A DNA stretch of 64,000 nucleotides. Origin: the human T2T-CHM13v2.0 reference genome, Homo sapiens. Where the stretch lies: NCBI RefSeq assembly GCF_009914755.1, contig NC_060944.1; one strand, 5' to 3'. Below, in pieces: positions 40,291-52,143 of this stretch. Each line of letters begins with the position of its first letter. Position 1 is the stretch's first letter. Under the pieces are notes generated by a model. That model saw only the letters and a program-made list of their open reading frames with translations. It did not search any database and was not told the DNA's origin. Position numbers and translations under genes: made by a program.

Positions 40291-41652
40291 CAAAGAAGGT
40301 ATGACACATTCAAAAGCAAAATAAATGTCATCAAGAACCCAACATCAAATAGAAATACAAGGAGATCAGGAGAGGAGCAGCAGTGGGCATGAAAAAGTCA
40401 CTGAAACTTGTGCAGCAATCTCCTGTTCACAACCTGTTTAAAGGGCAGGGGATCATTCTGGAAGTTCCAGTAGGAACCCTTAGGTTGGAGATCTTGGATG
40501 GGTTCATATCCCTCCCTCCTGAGGTCCTTGTGTTAAGTCAATTCTAAGAAATAAGAAGGGGCATGCCTCTCGTCTTTTTCACTGAGCTCTGAGCATTGTA
40601 CCTTACACGTGGAGGGGTCAGAGTAAATGTATGGTGAATAAGTGATGAATAAGCAGGATTACATGGCTCTCATTTTAAGGGTGTGTCCAGGTGTATTCCT
40701 CTAGCAGAAAACCCTGACACAAGGAATGCACGAGTTTATTTGGGAAACACCCCCAGGAGTTACCTGTAGTGGGTGAGGATGAAGAAGCCAGCACGGGGTG
40801 AATGAATGAACAGATTTCTACTAGGTAGATATTTTGCAATTAGAATGTTCATGAAACAGAATCAATTAAAAAGAAGACAGAAATAATTAAATGAAGGACT
40901 TTACACACAGAAGGAGGAAAGGAAGGAAGAAAAAGGAATTCTAAAATTCAACTTTAAGAAACTCAACACCATAAGCAATAGCTAGCAGAGGGTCAGTGAT
41001 CGAGAGGATCCAAACACAGTTTTTACCGCTGATTATTTAATAAGCACTAATGCGGCCACAGATAGGATATTTAAATTATATGTCATATTTTCTTGAAGTC
41101 GTTATCTAATGATGTCCCACTGGGGAGCACATAGTAAAAACACACCTCAGGATGGTCCCATCCAAGGTGTGAGGAAGCTCCAGTATTGATCCTTAGTTTG
41201 CATTTGTGCTTAGCTAAAGGCTACTCCCTGAAGACTCCCTCCTGGTTCATTTGGAGTGTCCATATATTTTGGAATTGTTTAGGGAGCAGGGGTGTGCTGA
41301 GGGGAAGAGGGAGAGATACACCAAAAGTATCTGCTGAAGATGTCCATAAAATATTCTTATTGGAAACATAATTTTATTTTCCTCCAATGATGGATATGGG
41401 CCATAACCAAGGACTGGAGAGATAAAAATGGGCTTGAAGAGCTGAAAGTAAAAATTGTGAAAATCTCAGGAGGAGGCAACTTGAAGACCCTCCTCCCTGG
41501 CCGCTCTTGGATGTTTAAATCCCTTCTCCACGCTGCTCATTCAATGAACACCCCCAAAGCCAAAGAAGCCTACCTGAAAAGCATTGAGGAAGACAGCAAC
41601 CGAACCTCACATGTCCCATAGCTCTCTTTCCATCTGTCCGGAGCCCCATACT

Positions 41653-41772
41653 TTTTGTTTGTTTGTTTGTTTGTTTGTTTGTTTTTATAGACGGAGTCTG
41701 GCTCTCTCTCCCAGGCTTGAGTGCAGTGGCACAATCTCAGCTCACTGCAACCTCCACCTCCCGTGTTCAAGC
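41653..41772 (-). mobile_element. Short Alu 3' fragment with (TTTG)n tail
   Basis: agacggagtctggctct...ctcactgcaacctcc. Confidence 0.85.
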
Positions 41773-43613
41773 CCCTGCTCTAAGAAGGCACATGGCCTGC
41801 TTGGTCCATGTTCATATGTGACTTACAACATGAGATGCTATAGTTTTCAACAGTGAAATATTGTACAAGTGTTGGCTCCCTGTCTTTGGTTTCCATCCCA
41901 GCATCAATTAGAGGCTGGAAAAAATGCAAGATTCATTCTGAAAACTCCCTCTCTGGAAAAGTCATTCAGATGCCAAATTTTAAGATCAGTGCTTAGAAGA
42001 TCTAAGCCTCAGCTGCTTTAGAAGCAAAGACTCTCCAGCCCAGCTCTCACTCGACCCCCTTGGTCTCATCAGAATTCTCCCACCATGGCTGTTATTACTA
42101 ATTTTATGATGACAGTGGAGCATTGACGTAAAATTTTAACAGTTCCTCAGTTAATTATTAAAATTAGTCTATCACGGTGAAGAGATTTTCTACTGTTTCT
42201 ATGCCATGTAATTTCAGGTAATAAGTGAGATGATGGGATGCAAGAGATGCAAAACTGCTTGCATAGACGTTTTGAAATGCCAGAGAGGGCCAGAAACAAA
42301 ACAAAAACAAAAATCTAGCTCCAAGCAAAGCTCATTTGGATACACTTTCTAGAGAAGACACTAAAAGCATGAAGACGTGGCAAGGAAGGGTAATTTAGAG
42401 ATACCCTTTTAGAACTGCTCCTTGGGAAAAAGCAGAGTCCTTGAACTACCATTTGGTTTATGGCATGGTAAAAATCTAAAGCTACCAAAGCTAAGACCAA
42501 GTTTTTATTTTTAAAAGATGTATGACTATGAATCTAAAGAAATGCACAGTACAAGGAATACCTGCCTAGTTAGACTTATTGTCAGCTCCTTAAGGTGACA
42601 GACCATACCTAAGTACCAAGAAGTATTATTATTTTTCAGCTGTAATGGTGCCCAGCCTGGTAGTGAGTACCTAATAGGTTCTCAATAAACTGTTAATAAG
42701 AGTAAATATTTTAAGGTGTTGTCCATGGGGCTACATTTTAAAATTTGTTTATCTGGAAATAATTTCAAACTTACAAAATTTGCAAAAGGAGCTACACCTC
42801 TTAAAAAGTTGAAAAAGTTTGGTATAACTGGGAAATTGTGGTGTCAGCTACAAAGCCCAGAGGTGCAATTGTAAAGGCCTTGGGAAGAGGTGCTTTCTCA
42901 CCCTAGAGTTGGAGCGCTTTGCTCTGTGGTGGGGAGGAAGTGGTTCAGAAGATGTGACTGGCCCTGACAGCCCACTTTGGTTTCTTTTTCTTCACGACCC
43001 ATCCACTGGGAAACTAAAAATAAGAGCATTCGAGCTGTAAGCAACGTCCCCTTTCTTTTATTTTTTCTTTTATATTTAGCTTTTAGACTAGTTGAAAAAC
43101 ATTTCCCTAGTGTCTATAAATCCCAGGGTTTCTGGAGGCTCTATAGACATTAAATCAGTTCCACACAAAAGATCCGAAAAACATCTGAGATAATGTGTGC
43201 AAGGAAGTTTCAATGTAGGCGGTCCCTCTTGGGTTTCTTCCTCCTCATTGCAACTGGATTCAAAGTTATTCAAATGAATGTTTTATTGTCGTTGTTTTGT
43301 TTGATTTTGTTTTAACCCCAGTGTTCTCCCAGACTTTTGAACTTCCTTGTCCATTAAACATAACAGAGCAACTGAATGATGAGCTAAAACCCCTTTGGTC
43401 TTAGACATTTTTTTTCACCTTTGTTCCTGGATGTCATATTTTTTGTGTATTTTGCTTTGTTTTATAACTGACTTGTAGCTGAACACTGATGGAAGCAGGT
43501 AGTTGGGGGAAAGAACCCAAATGATAACACCTATGTCAATTTCATTAATGCCAGGGAAGCATGGACCAAAAAATAGATCCAGGATCAAGTCAGAGATTTT
43601 GCCTATGGCCATC

Positions 43614-44158
43614 TGTGGCAGACTGTATTTCCAGAGAGTCACAACAACATCTCCCACCCATAACTCTCTAATGATGTACCGGGACACTCCTCGCATTCAG
43701 ATGTGTTCTCTATATTCCCTCCTCTTGAGTTAGGGCTTGTGACTATGGCAAAATGATGTTATGTGACCTCTGGGGTTATAAAAGGCTGGCGTTTTCATGG
43801 GACACTGGCTTAGAGCCCTAAGCTGCCAGGTCATCAATCTGACTGACCTGTCCTGAGGCAGCCATGCTGGGAGGAAGCCCAAAATAGCCCATGCAGGGAG
43901 ATTTCATGAGAGGCTCTGAGACTACACAAAGGGAGAGAGGGAGATCTGATAGCCACCAGCTGCTTAAGGCCCTGCTGTTACTGCTCCAGCCACCTTCTAA
44001 CTGCAAGCACACGAGAAACCTGAGATAGAACCACCCAGCCAGGCCCTGTCCAAATTCTTGCCCCTCAGAATCCAAGAAAGATGATGAAATGATTGTTGTT
44101 GTTTTAAGTCACTAAGTTTTGGAAAGATTTGTTATACAGCAATAGATGATATTCAGAA
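43614..44158 (+). mobile_element. MLT1-type LTR
   Basis: tgtggcagactg...ttttaagtcactaagttttgg...cagcaatagat. Confidence 0.85.
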
Positions 44159-44243
44159 TACCACTTATATCCTTAAAAGATTTACAATCACAAATTGAGG
44201 AAGAAATAGTAATAAATGAGACACCCATCTATCTATATAGATT

Positions 44244-44690
44244 CAGTTGACCCTTGAACAACATGAGTTTGGACTGTGCAGGTCCACATATTCATAGATT
44301 TTCTTCTGTCTCTGCCACCCCTAGGATAGCAAGACCAATCCCTCCTCTTCTTCCTCCTCCTCCTCCTCCTCAGGCTACTCAACATGAAGGTGATGAGGAT
44401 GAAAATCTTTATGATAATCTCTTCCACTTAATTAATAATAAATATATTTTCTCTTCCTTTAAATATTTTAATAACATTTTCTTTTCTTGGCTTACTTTAT
44501 TCTAAGAATACAGCACAAAATACATGTACAAAATATGTGTTAATTGAATGTTTATGTCCTCAGTAAGGCTTCTGGTCAACAGTAGGCTATTAGTAATTAA
44601 GTTTTGGAGGAGTCAAAAGTTACACATAGATTTTTGACTGCACAGGGAGTCAGTCCCCCTAACCCCCACATTGTTCAAGGATCAAGAGTG
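44244..44690 (+). mobile_element. Tigger2a-like (TcMar-Tigger)
   Basis: TIRs cagttgacccttgaacaa ... ttgttcaaggatcaa. Confidence 0.85.
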
Positions 44691-45274
44691 TACCTTTTCA
44701 GTGATAGTGTAATATATTTTCATATGAATGAGGTTTATCAACTATGTGATTTTAGTTCTCCTCAACTAACTTATTTGTTTCCAAATGCTTGGGTCACAAG
44801 GCCAATTTGGAAATATAAACCTAATCAATCTAAACTAGGTAGACCTAACTAAACAATCAGTTTGATCTTGGTGTGTAGGGAAGAAATTATTTTTATTCAG
44901 TCTCCCAGACACTTATGAACATGGTAACATGTTATACAATTGATTTTCAAAAAGAAACTCTCTAGGCTTTAAGAGTCTGAAGTTTCAAAAGGGTAACTCT
45001 ATAGAGACCCAGTTTACTTAGTCACATGTACTTGACTCACCTCAATCTGTATTATGCAAAATGAAAGAGAAGAGCTAATGTGTATTTAACATAGATTTAA
45101 TGTTGAAAGAAGCCTTAGTGACATCACTGATAAAAATATAGCCCTTGAATATAGGGGAGCTAACTTCTTAAAAGCCAACTCCTGTAGCACATGGATGTTC
45201 ACCTTCTTGAAGACTTCTTGGTATAAATTGCACCCCATTTAGGTAAGCTGTCATGTGCTTCAAGAAGAGGAGCA

Positions 45275-45821
45275 TGTATCAGTTAGCTTTGGTTGTGTAA
45301 CAAACCACCCTGAAATTTAGTGGCTTTAAAAAATAACCATTTTATTTAGTCCATGATTCTGTGTGTCAGTTGGGTGATACTTCTGCCTGGGTTAGCATGG
45401 CTTATCTCTGCTGGGCTCTCATGCATCTGTGATCAGTTGGCATGCGGGCTGATGGCTGAGTGATCTAGGGTGGCCACCCTCACTTGTCTAGCAGTTGGAA
45501 GTCTATCAGTTGAATTAACAAGGGTGACCATCAACCATTGTACTTTGTTTCTTCTCCTTATCTTCTCTCATTTTCTTGCAGGCTAGCTCAGGCCGGGTAA
45601 CGTGAGGGTCTCAAGATTATAGATGCAGCATGGTAAAGCAAACTCCAACAAGTGCCTTTCAAGCCTCAGCTGACATCCCATTGGACAAAGCAAATCCCAT
45701 TACTAATTCCAGATTCAAAGTGTGAAATAGGGACTCCACCTGTTAATGAGAGATGTGGCAAAATCCCACTGGAAAGGGGTGTGCATTCAGGACTTGGGGG
45801 CCATTTTTGCAATTTGCTACA
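45275..45821 (-). mobile_element. MLT1-type LTR
   Basis: tgtatcagttagctttggttgtgtaacaaaccaccc...ggccatttttgcaatttgctaca. Confidence 0.8.
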
Positions 45822-47683
45822 GGGATTTGCTTATAGTCATGTTGTAAACCCATAGCAAAAATCTGATCATCGCAGCTTTCCTTCATTCACCAGGAGCTGT
45901 CAAGAGGACACAAGAAGCAAACAAACCAACCCAATCCCCTTTCCAGTTCTCTGACAGCCTGTCATTGTCCAAAGGGGGCCAGGATGTTTAGTTCTGGACA
46001 GTTAGCTCTGAGACACAGAGCATAATTTTTTTTTTAAACACATAATGATACTGATTCAATATAACAGCTGTGAAATGATCATAAAAGGAGAAGTTAGAAA
46101 AAGGCCCGTCAGAAATAAGATTAGCGATGATGTTTCAGCTCTGCAGTTTTCACTGGGCTTTAGGAAAAGAAATACAGAACAAAAGGTTAGTTAACTTTCT
46201 CCCTCCTAATGAACATTATGAGGACAAATATTCTGTTCACATGTACCCCTCCGGCAGCCTGGTTAATTTGTTAAGCCCAACTGGACACATAAAGAGAGCT
46301 CCTTTATCTTCATTAAACCCAATAAGAATGAATGGCAAACCGCAGCATCATTACTCTGGCCTGATGGGTTTCGTCAAAGGGCCTGGAAAGCTCTTAAAAC
46401 CCCAGACACTTTAAAGCTTGGCTGGGTTAGGGTTTGTTTATCTCTTGCAATAAATATTGGCTGCTCTTACCTCCATCCATAGACTCAGGCAAGCCAAAAC
46501 CTGCTTCCAAGTATACACAGCAGAGAAAGATACAAGTACACATGCACATATGAGCATGCATGTGCCAGTGTATGCACACACACTAGCTCTACTACTTCCT
46601 AGCTGGGTGACCCTAAGCTGGTTATTTAGCCTTGCTAAATCTCAGTATCCTCTTCTGTAAAACAAAATAATAACAAAACTCATAAGGTTATTGTAAAGGT
46701 AGGTTAATCTTTTTAAGTGATGGAAATAGTAACTGTCTCACATTGAGTATTATATAATTGTTATTGAATAAGCACGGCTACTAGAGTTGGCAGAAAATTG
46801 CCCAGGAGTAGCTTTTGTGACTTTCTAGGTTGCTTTGGAGCCCAAGTGACAAAGTATGGCTGAAAATTGGCAATGGGGCCTCTTCCACACTCAGTCTTCA
46901 GCGGCATTGGAGTTGCCAAATCCTGAAAGCTGTTAAATCATTCCTCTTTGACAGGGACCTTGAAATGAGAGTGTGAGGGAAGGGCAAAGGCAGGGATGGA
47001 GAACCTCCAGGCAGCAGAGGAACAACAGTGGTGATGATTGATCATGTGATGACAGCAGAAACCAATATGTGAGTACATGTGAGAGATCAATTGTGGACCT
47101 CCCAGAAATACTATCCTAGGGGTGACTTGATGATTGTTGGGCTTTGAAATCATCAAGAGGTGTCTTCATTCACATGTTGGGATATTGGTGTTGACTTTTA
47201 TCTGGGACCTTCTCTTTCATACTTCCTGTGTGCTTGACAGTAAGCTGAGCATCCAAAAGTGGCTTCTCCACTGGCCTGGGCTTCCTCACAACATGGCAGC
47301 CTTAGGGTATCCAAACCTTCTTGGTGACAGCACTCCTAAAGCAAGTGCTCCAACTCTCAAGTTGGAAACTGCATTGTCTTCATGACCCAGCCTCAGAAGG
47401 CACACAGCATCACTTCTACCACACTGGTTACTAATGAGACATAAGTTTGTGCAATTCCAAAGGGAAAGTCACAGATTGTACATCTTGATTGGTGACAATT
47501 CAATGTCACGTGGTAGATAAACGTGTGGGATGGGAGATACTCAATGTCACGTGGTAGATGTACATGTGGGAGGGGAGATATTGTGGCAGCCAAAATGCAG
47601 TCACCCACAGAGGCTATCAAGCTGGAAGATATTTACATTATATAAATAAATATTTTTTTTTTCATTTAAATGTGTTTTAGCTT

Positions 47684-49635
47684 TTTATCAGTCTTCTCAG
47701 GCTGCCATCATAAAATATCACAGACTTGATGGCTTAAACAACAGAAATTTATTTCTCACAGTTCTGTAGGGTAGAAGTCCAAGGTCAAGGTGCTGGTAGG
47801 GTTAGGTTTCTAGTAAGGGCTCTCTTCCTGGTTTGTAGATGATGCTTTCTCCCTGTGTCCTCACACAGCCTTTCCTTGATGTGTGCCTGTGGGAGGGAAG
47901 GAAGGGAGAAAGACTGTGAGCTCTCTGGTGTCTCCTGTTACAAGGACACTAATTCTATTAGATAAGGGCCCTATCTTATGGCCTTATTTAACCTTAACTA
48001 CTTCCTCAGAGGCCCTATCTCCAAATGCAGCCACACTAGGGGGTTAGGGCTTCAAATTATCAGGGGACATAAACATTCAGTCTATCACATTCTTCCCCTG
48101 CTCCCCTGAAATTTATGTCCTTCTTGCATGTAAAATGCATTCATTCATTCCAACAGCCCCCAAAGTCTTAACTCATTCCAGCAACTACTATGAAGTCTAT
48201 AGTCCAAACTCTCACTTAACTATCATCTAAATCAGATATGGGTAAGACTCAAGGTACAAATCCTGAAGTAAAATTTCTTTCCAGCTGTGAATCTGTGAAA
48301 CCAGACAAGTTATGTGCTTCTGAAAAACAATGGTGGACAGGCAAAGGATAGATATTCCCATTTCAAAAGAGATAAATCAGAAGAAAGAAAGAGGTGATGG
48401 GTCCCAAGCATGTCCAAAACCTGGCAAGACAAATTCAATTAGATCTTAGGGCTCAAGAATAATCCTCTTTGGCTTGATAGTCTTCCAGATCCACTAGGGT
48501 GGTGGTCTCACTGTCTAGACTCATGGGGTAGAGGTTACACCCTTTGGGCTCTGCTGAGTGGGACTCTGACCCCAACTCCCCCACCCCCCAGACCCCATGT
48601 GGTGGCAGCCTGGCCTGTGGAAACCTCAGTAGTGGCTCAACCCTTGGAAACCAAGGAGGCAGCCCTGATTGCGTCTGTGTCACCTTCAGGGTTCCTCTTC
48701 CCTGTTCTTGAAGGACAGTGCACATCACAAACATAGCTCTACTGGCCTGTCCTGTAGAGTCTAAGTCCAACAGCCTTCTTTCCTTTCATCCCATCTCCCT
48801 TCTCTTCTGCTCCAACTGCAGTGTTTCTGCTCATATAATCCCACAATGCCTTTATTGAGTATTGTCCAGCTACCCTCCTGGTGTTCTCTTCTGAACATAC
48901 TTTCTCATTTTTTGCAGTATGAACAGGCTGAGAATTTTCCAAGCCTTAAATTCTGGTTTCTTCTTGCCAACATTATGCTCATGATTATTTATGTATTCAC
49001 TAAGAAAATGGAGGTATTCTCTCCAGCTTTCCTTTTTTCCTTTCTGTGCCTTCATGAAAATCACCTTTAATGTCAATATTTCTACCTTCATGACAATCTA
49101 GACTTTTCCCAGCATGCACCTCAAAACTCCTCCAGCCTTTATCCATTACTCAGGTCCAAAGCGGCTTCCACACTTTTAGTTGTTTGTTACAGCATCCCAC
49201 TTCGCAGTACCAAAATCTTTTTAAGTCTGCTTGGGCTGCCATAACAAAATTCACAGGTTCCTGGATGAATTGAAAAACAGAACTTCGTTTCTCACAGTTC
49301 TGGAGTCTGGGAAGTCCAAGATCAAGATGTCAGCATGGTCAGTATCTAGTGAAGGCTCTCTTCCTGGCTTGTAGACAGTTGCCTTCTTGCTGTGTGCTCA
49401 AATGGCCTTTCTGTACACGTGCGTGCTCACACACACACATAGAGGGAGAGAGAGAGAGAGAGAGATCTGGTGTCTATTCTTATAAGGATATTAATCCTCT
49501 TGGATCTGGGCCCCACTCCCACAAACTCATTTATTTAACCTTAACTACTGCTTTAGAGGCCTCTTCTCCAAATATAAGCAGGGGAGGGTTTCAACATATG
49601 AATTTGGAGGAGACACCAACATTGAGTCCATAAAA
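47684..49635 (-). mobile_element. MLT1A-type MaLR with two LTRs and internal region
   Basis: LTR about 47684-48089, internal about 48090-49216, LTR about 49217-49635. TSD agctt/aactt. Confidence 0.8.
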
Positions 49636-50946
49636 AACTTTATCTAAATAAGCAAACGACCTACTTTGCCTACAGAATCTTTGTCTTTCTCTATGGCAAT
49701 ATTACAAAAGACAATCTCAACATTATGCTGCCGTTATGTGTTTTGTTATAGAATGGGAATAAGAACCAATGAGTTAATCATATTCTTTGGAGCATAACAA
49801 TTCTATACGGTGAAAGGTTAACAAAACTCTGTACATTCGTAAAATTCTCTGATTAGTGAGAAAAAAGAAAAAGAAACTATTGGGTCCTGTAGCCAGGAAA
49901 GATGCTGAATGGCTCACAGAACTGAAAGAAAGACCTACAAGACTCGAGATCTCCAGGATAATAATTGGAGTCTCAGCCCTGCCGGCTTTCTCTTTCCCTG
50001 CCATCTCTCATCTCTGCTTGTCTCTCTCCTTATAAGTTAGTCTTGTTGTCTCCTACTGAAGACATGAGACCTTCTCTATGAGACTGGAAAAATGACCAAC
50101 ACAGTAAGACAGAGCTTCTTTCTTCTGGTGTCAACATATTAGTTCCAGAGAAGGACTCTGATTGGCTGTCTTGGGTCATATGACCAACCTTTGGACTTAT
50201 TACTGAGGATAATGCTCCATACTTAACCAGGGCATCATATGCTCACTGCTTGACAAAGGGCTCATGATGTATTGCATCTACTGAATACATTTTTAAAACT
50301 TTAAAGATATGTGTGTATTCAAAAGCTTAGTCGTAAAAATAAACAGTATCCCAAAGTCCTAAAAAAAATAAAAACGTTCCTAAGAGTTTTCACATACTCC
50401 TGTTTTCCGCAGGAATGTTGGTTGGGAAATGCAGCTATTTTAATTATAAGAGCAGGCTAGTATTTCTGTCTGGCAGGGTTGGAAAACACCTACAGATAGC
50501 GCTTAGTGCTGGCTGGAATTCACAGGCAAGCAAATTAAATGGTTCACAAGTTCTAATTCCAGTACCTGGAATATTGGAGGATCCCTTGTCCTTTGAGAGG
50601 TTGGTTTTGGGTGTAACTGTAGCCCCTGCTTCTAGGGGCAAAGGTAACCCCTAATCCCAGCTATTATAGCTTGCTGCTGGACAACCATGGAAAAATTTCC
50701 ATGGTCATTAGCTGGCAATGAGAGAGGTGACACTGGGAAATGATGGCAGGGCTAAAATAACCCTTGTTGCAACCTAATGAAACCTGAAAGTAATTTTTCA
50801 AGGTTTTAACAAAGTCACACATGTCTGTCCAACCCTGGGTGACGAAGCAATGTCTCAATAACTAAGAGTCCTTCTGGAAGACAGGAGGAGACTGACTTCA
50901 GCTCAGTATTGTTTGGCTCAATCATATAAATTCGGTTTTAATCAGT

Positions 50947-51306
50947 ACCATGGTCTAAATGTTTGTGCCCATCTCTCAGGTTCATTTATTAAAGTCCTAA
51001 CCTCCAAAGTGACTGACAGTGTTAAGAGGCAGGGTCTTTGGGAGGTCATTGGGTCATGAGGGCAGAGCCCTCATTAATAGGACTAGTGCCCCTGTAAAAG
51101 AGAGACCCCTTGCTCCTTTCACCATGTGAGAACACAATGAGGAGAGAGCTGTCTATGAACCAGGGAGTGGCTCTCACCAGACAATGAATCTGCTATGCCT
51201 TGGTCTTAGACTTCCCAGCCTCCAGACCTATGATCAATAAACTTCTGATATTTGTAAGCCACCCAGTGTATGTGTTTAGTCATAGCAGTGCAAACAGACC
51301 AAGACA
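50947..51306 (+). mobile_element. MLT1A/MST-type LTR
   Basis: atggtctaaatgtttgtg...ttagacttcccagcctccag...aacagaccaagaca. Confidence 0.85.
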
Positions 51307-51587
51307 ATCAGCCACATCTTTTGAGAGCTATCTTGAAACCAGCTGACAGGAATACAGACAAGTGTAGGAGCTGGATCACTAGTGAGCACCTTGACCACTC
51401 CATAGCGTCCCCCTCTCCAGCATGTCGGCTTATCCCAGTGTCCGCAGTACAGTGATAACTGAACTTTGGACAGTGATGTTAGGGAAGAAACAACATGCCT
51501 CAGCTCAGCTTCTCTAACTGTGGTGTTCAGGGAGGACTGACTTCCAAACGTGGCTGAATATTCAAAAGTGATTGACATGTCATCATC

Positions 51588-52143
51588 TGTGGTAGATTCT
51601 TTCCTAAGAAGATGGACACATCAATTCCTTCCATCCATTATACCCTTTGCAGTGTGACATTGCCATCTCTTTACGAAGAAGTGGGGCCTATCTTCCTTTC
51701 CTTGAGCCTCAGCAGGCCCTGGGACTGCCACTGATTCAAAGAATGTGACAGAAGGGAGGTTGTGGAACTTCTGTGTACAGGCCTTAAGAAACCCGGCAGC
51801 TTCCCTTTTTGTCCTCTGGACATGTAAAGAAATCCAAGCCATCTTGCTGGAGAGGGAGGCCATGGGGGAAAAGAAGCTCTGGGGGAGAAGAGAGGCCATG
51901 CAGAAGAGAACTGAGGACCCCAGCCAAAAGCCACACCAAAGCACTAGACATGTGAGTGGGGCCATCTTGGCTTCTCCAGCCCCAGTGGAGATCCGAGCCA
52001 ACAAAGCATGGAGCAGAGAGGATCCATCTCCCCTTGCTTACGAGCCCCACCCAAATCTCTGACCCACAGAATTGTGCACAATAAAATTGATGATGTTTAA
52101 ACCAGCTGAGTTGTGGAGTGGCTGCATGTTAACAGAAAACTCA
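51588..52143 (+). mobile_element. MLT1-type LTR
   Basis: tgtggtagatt...tctctgacccacagaattgtg. Confidence 0.8.
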
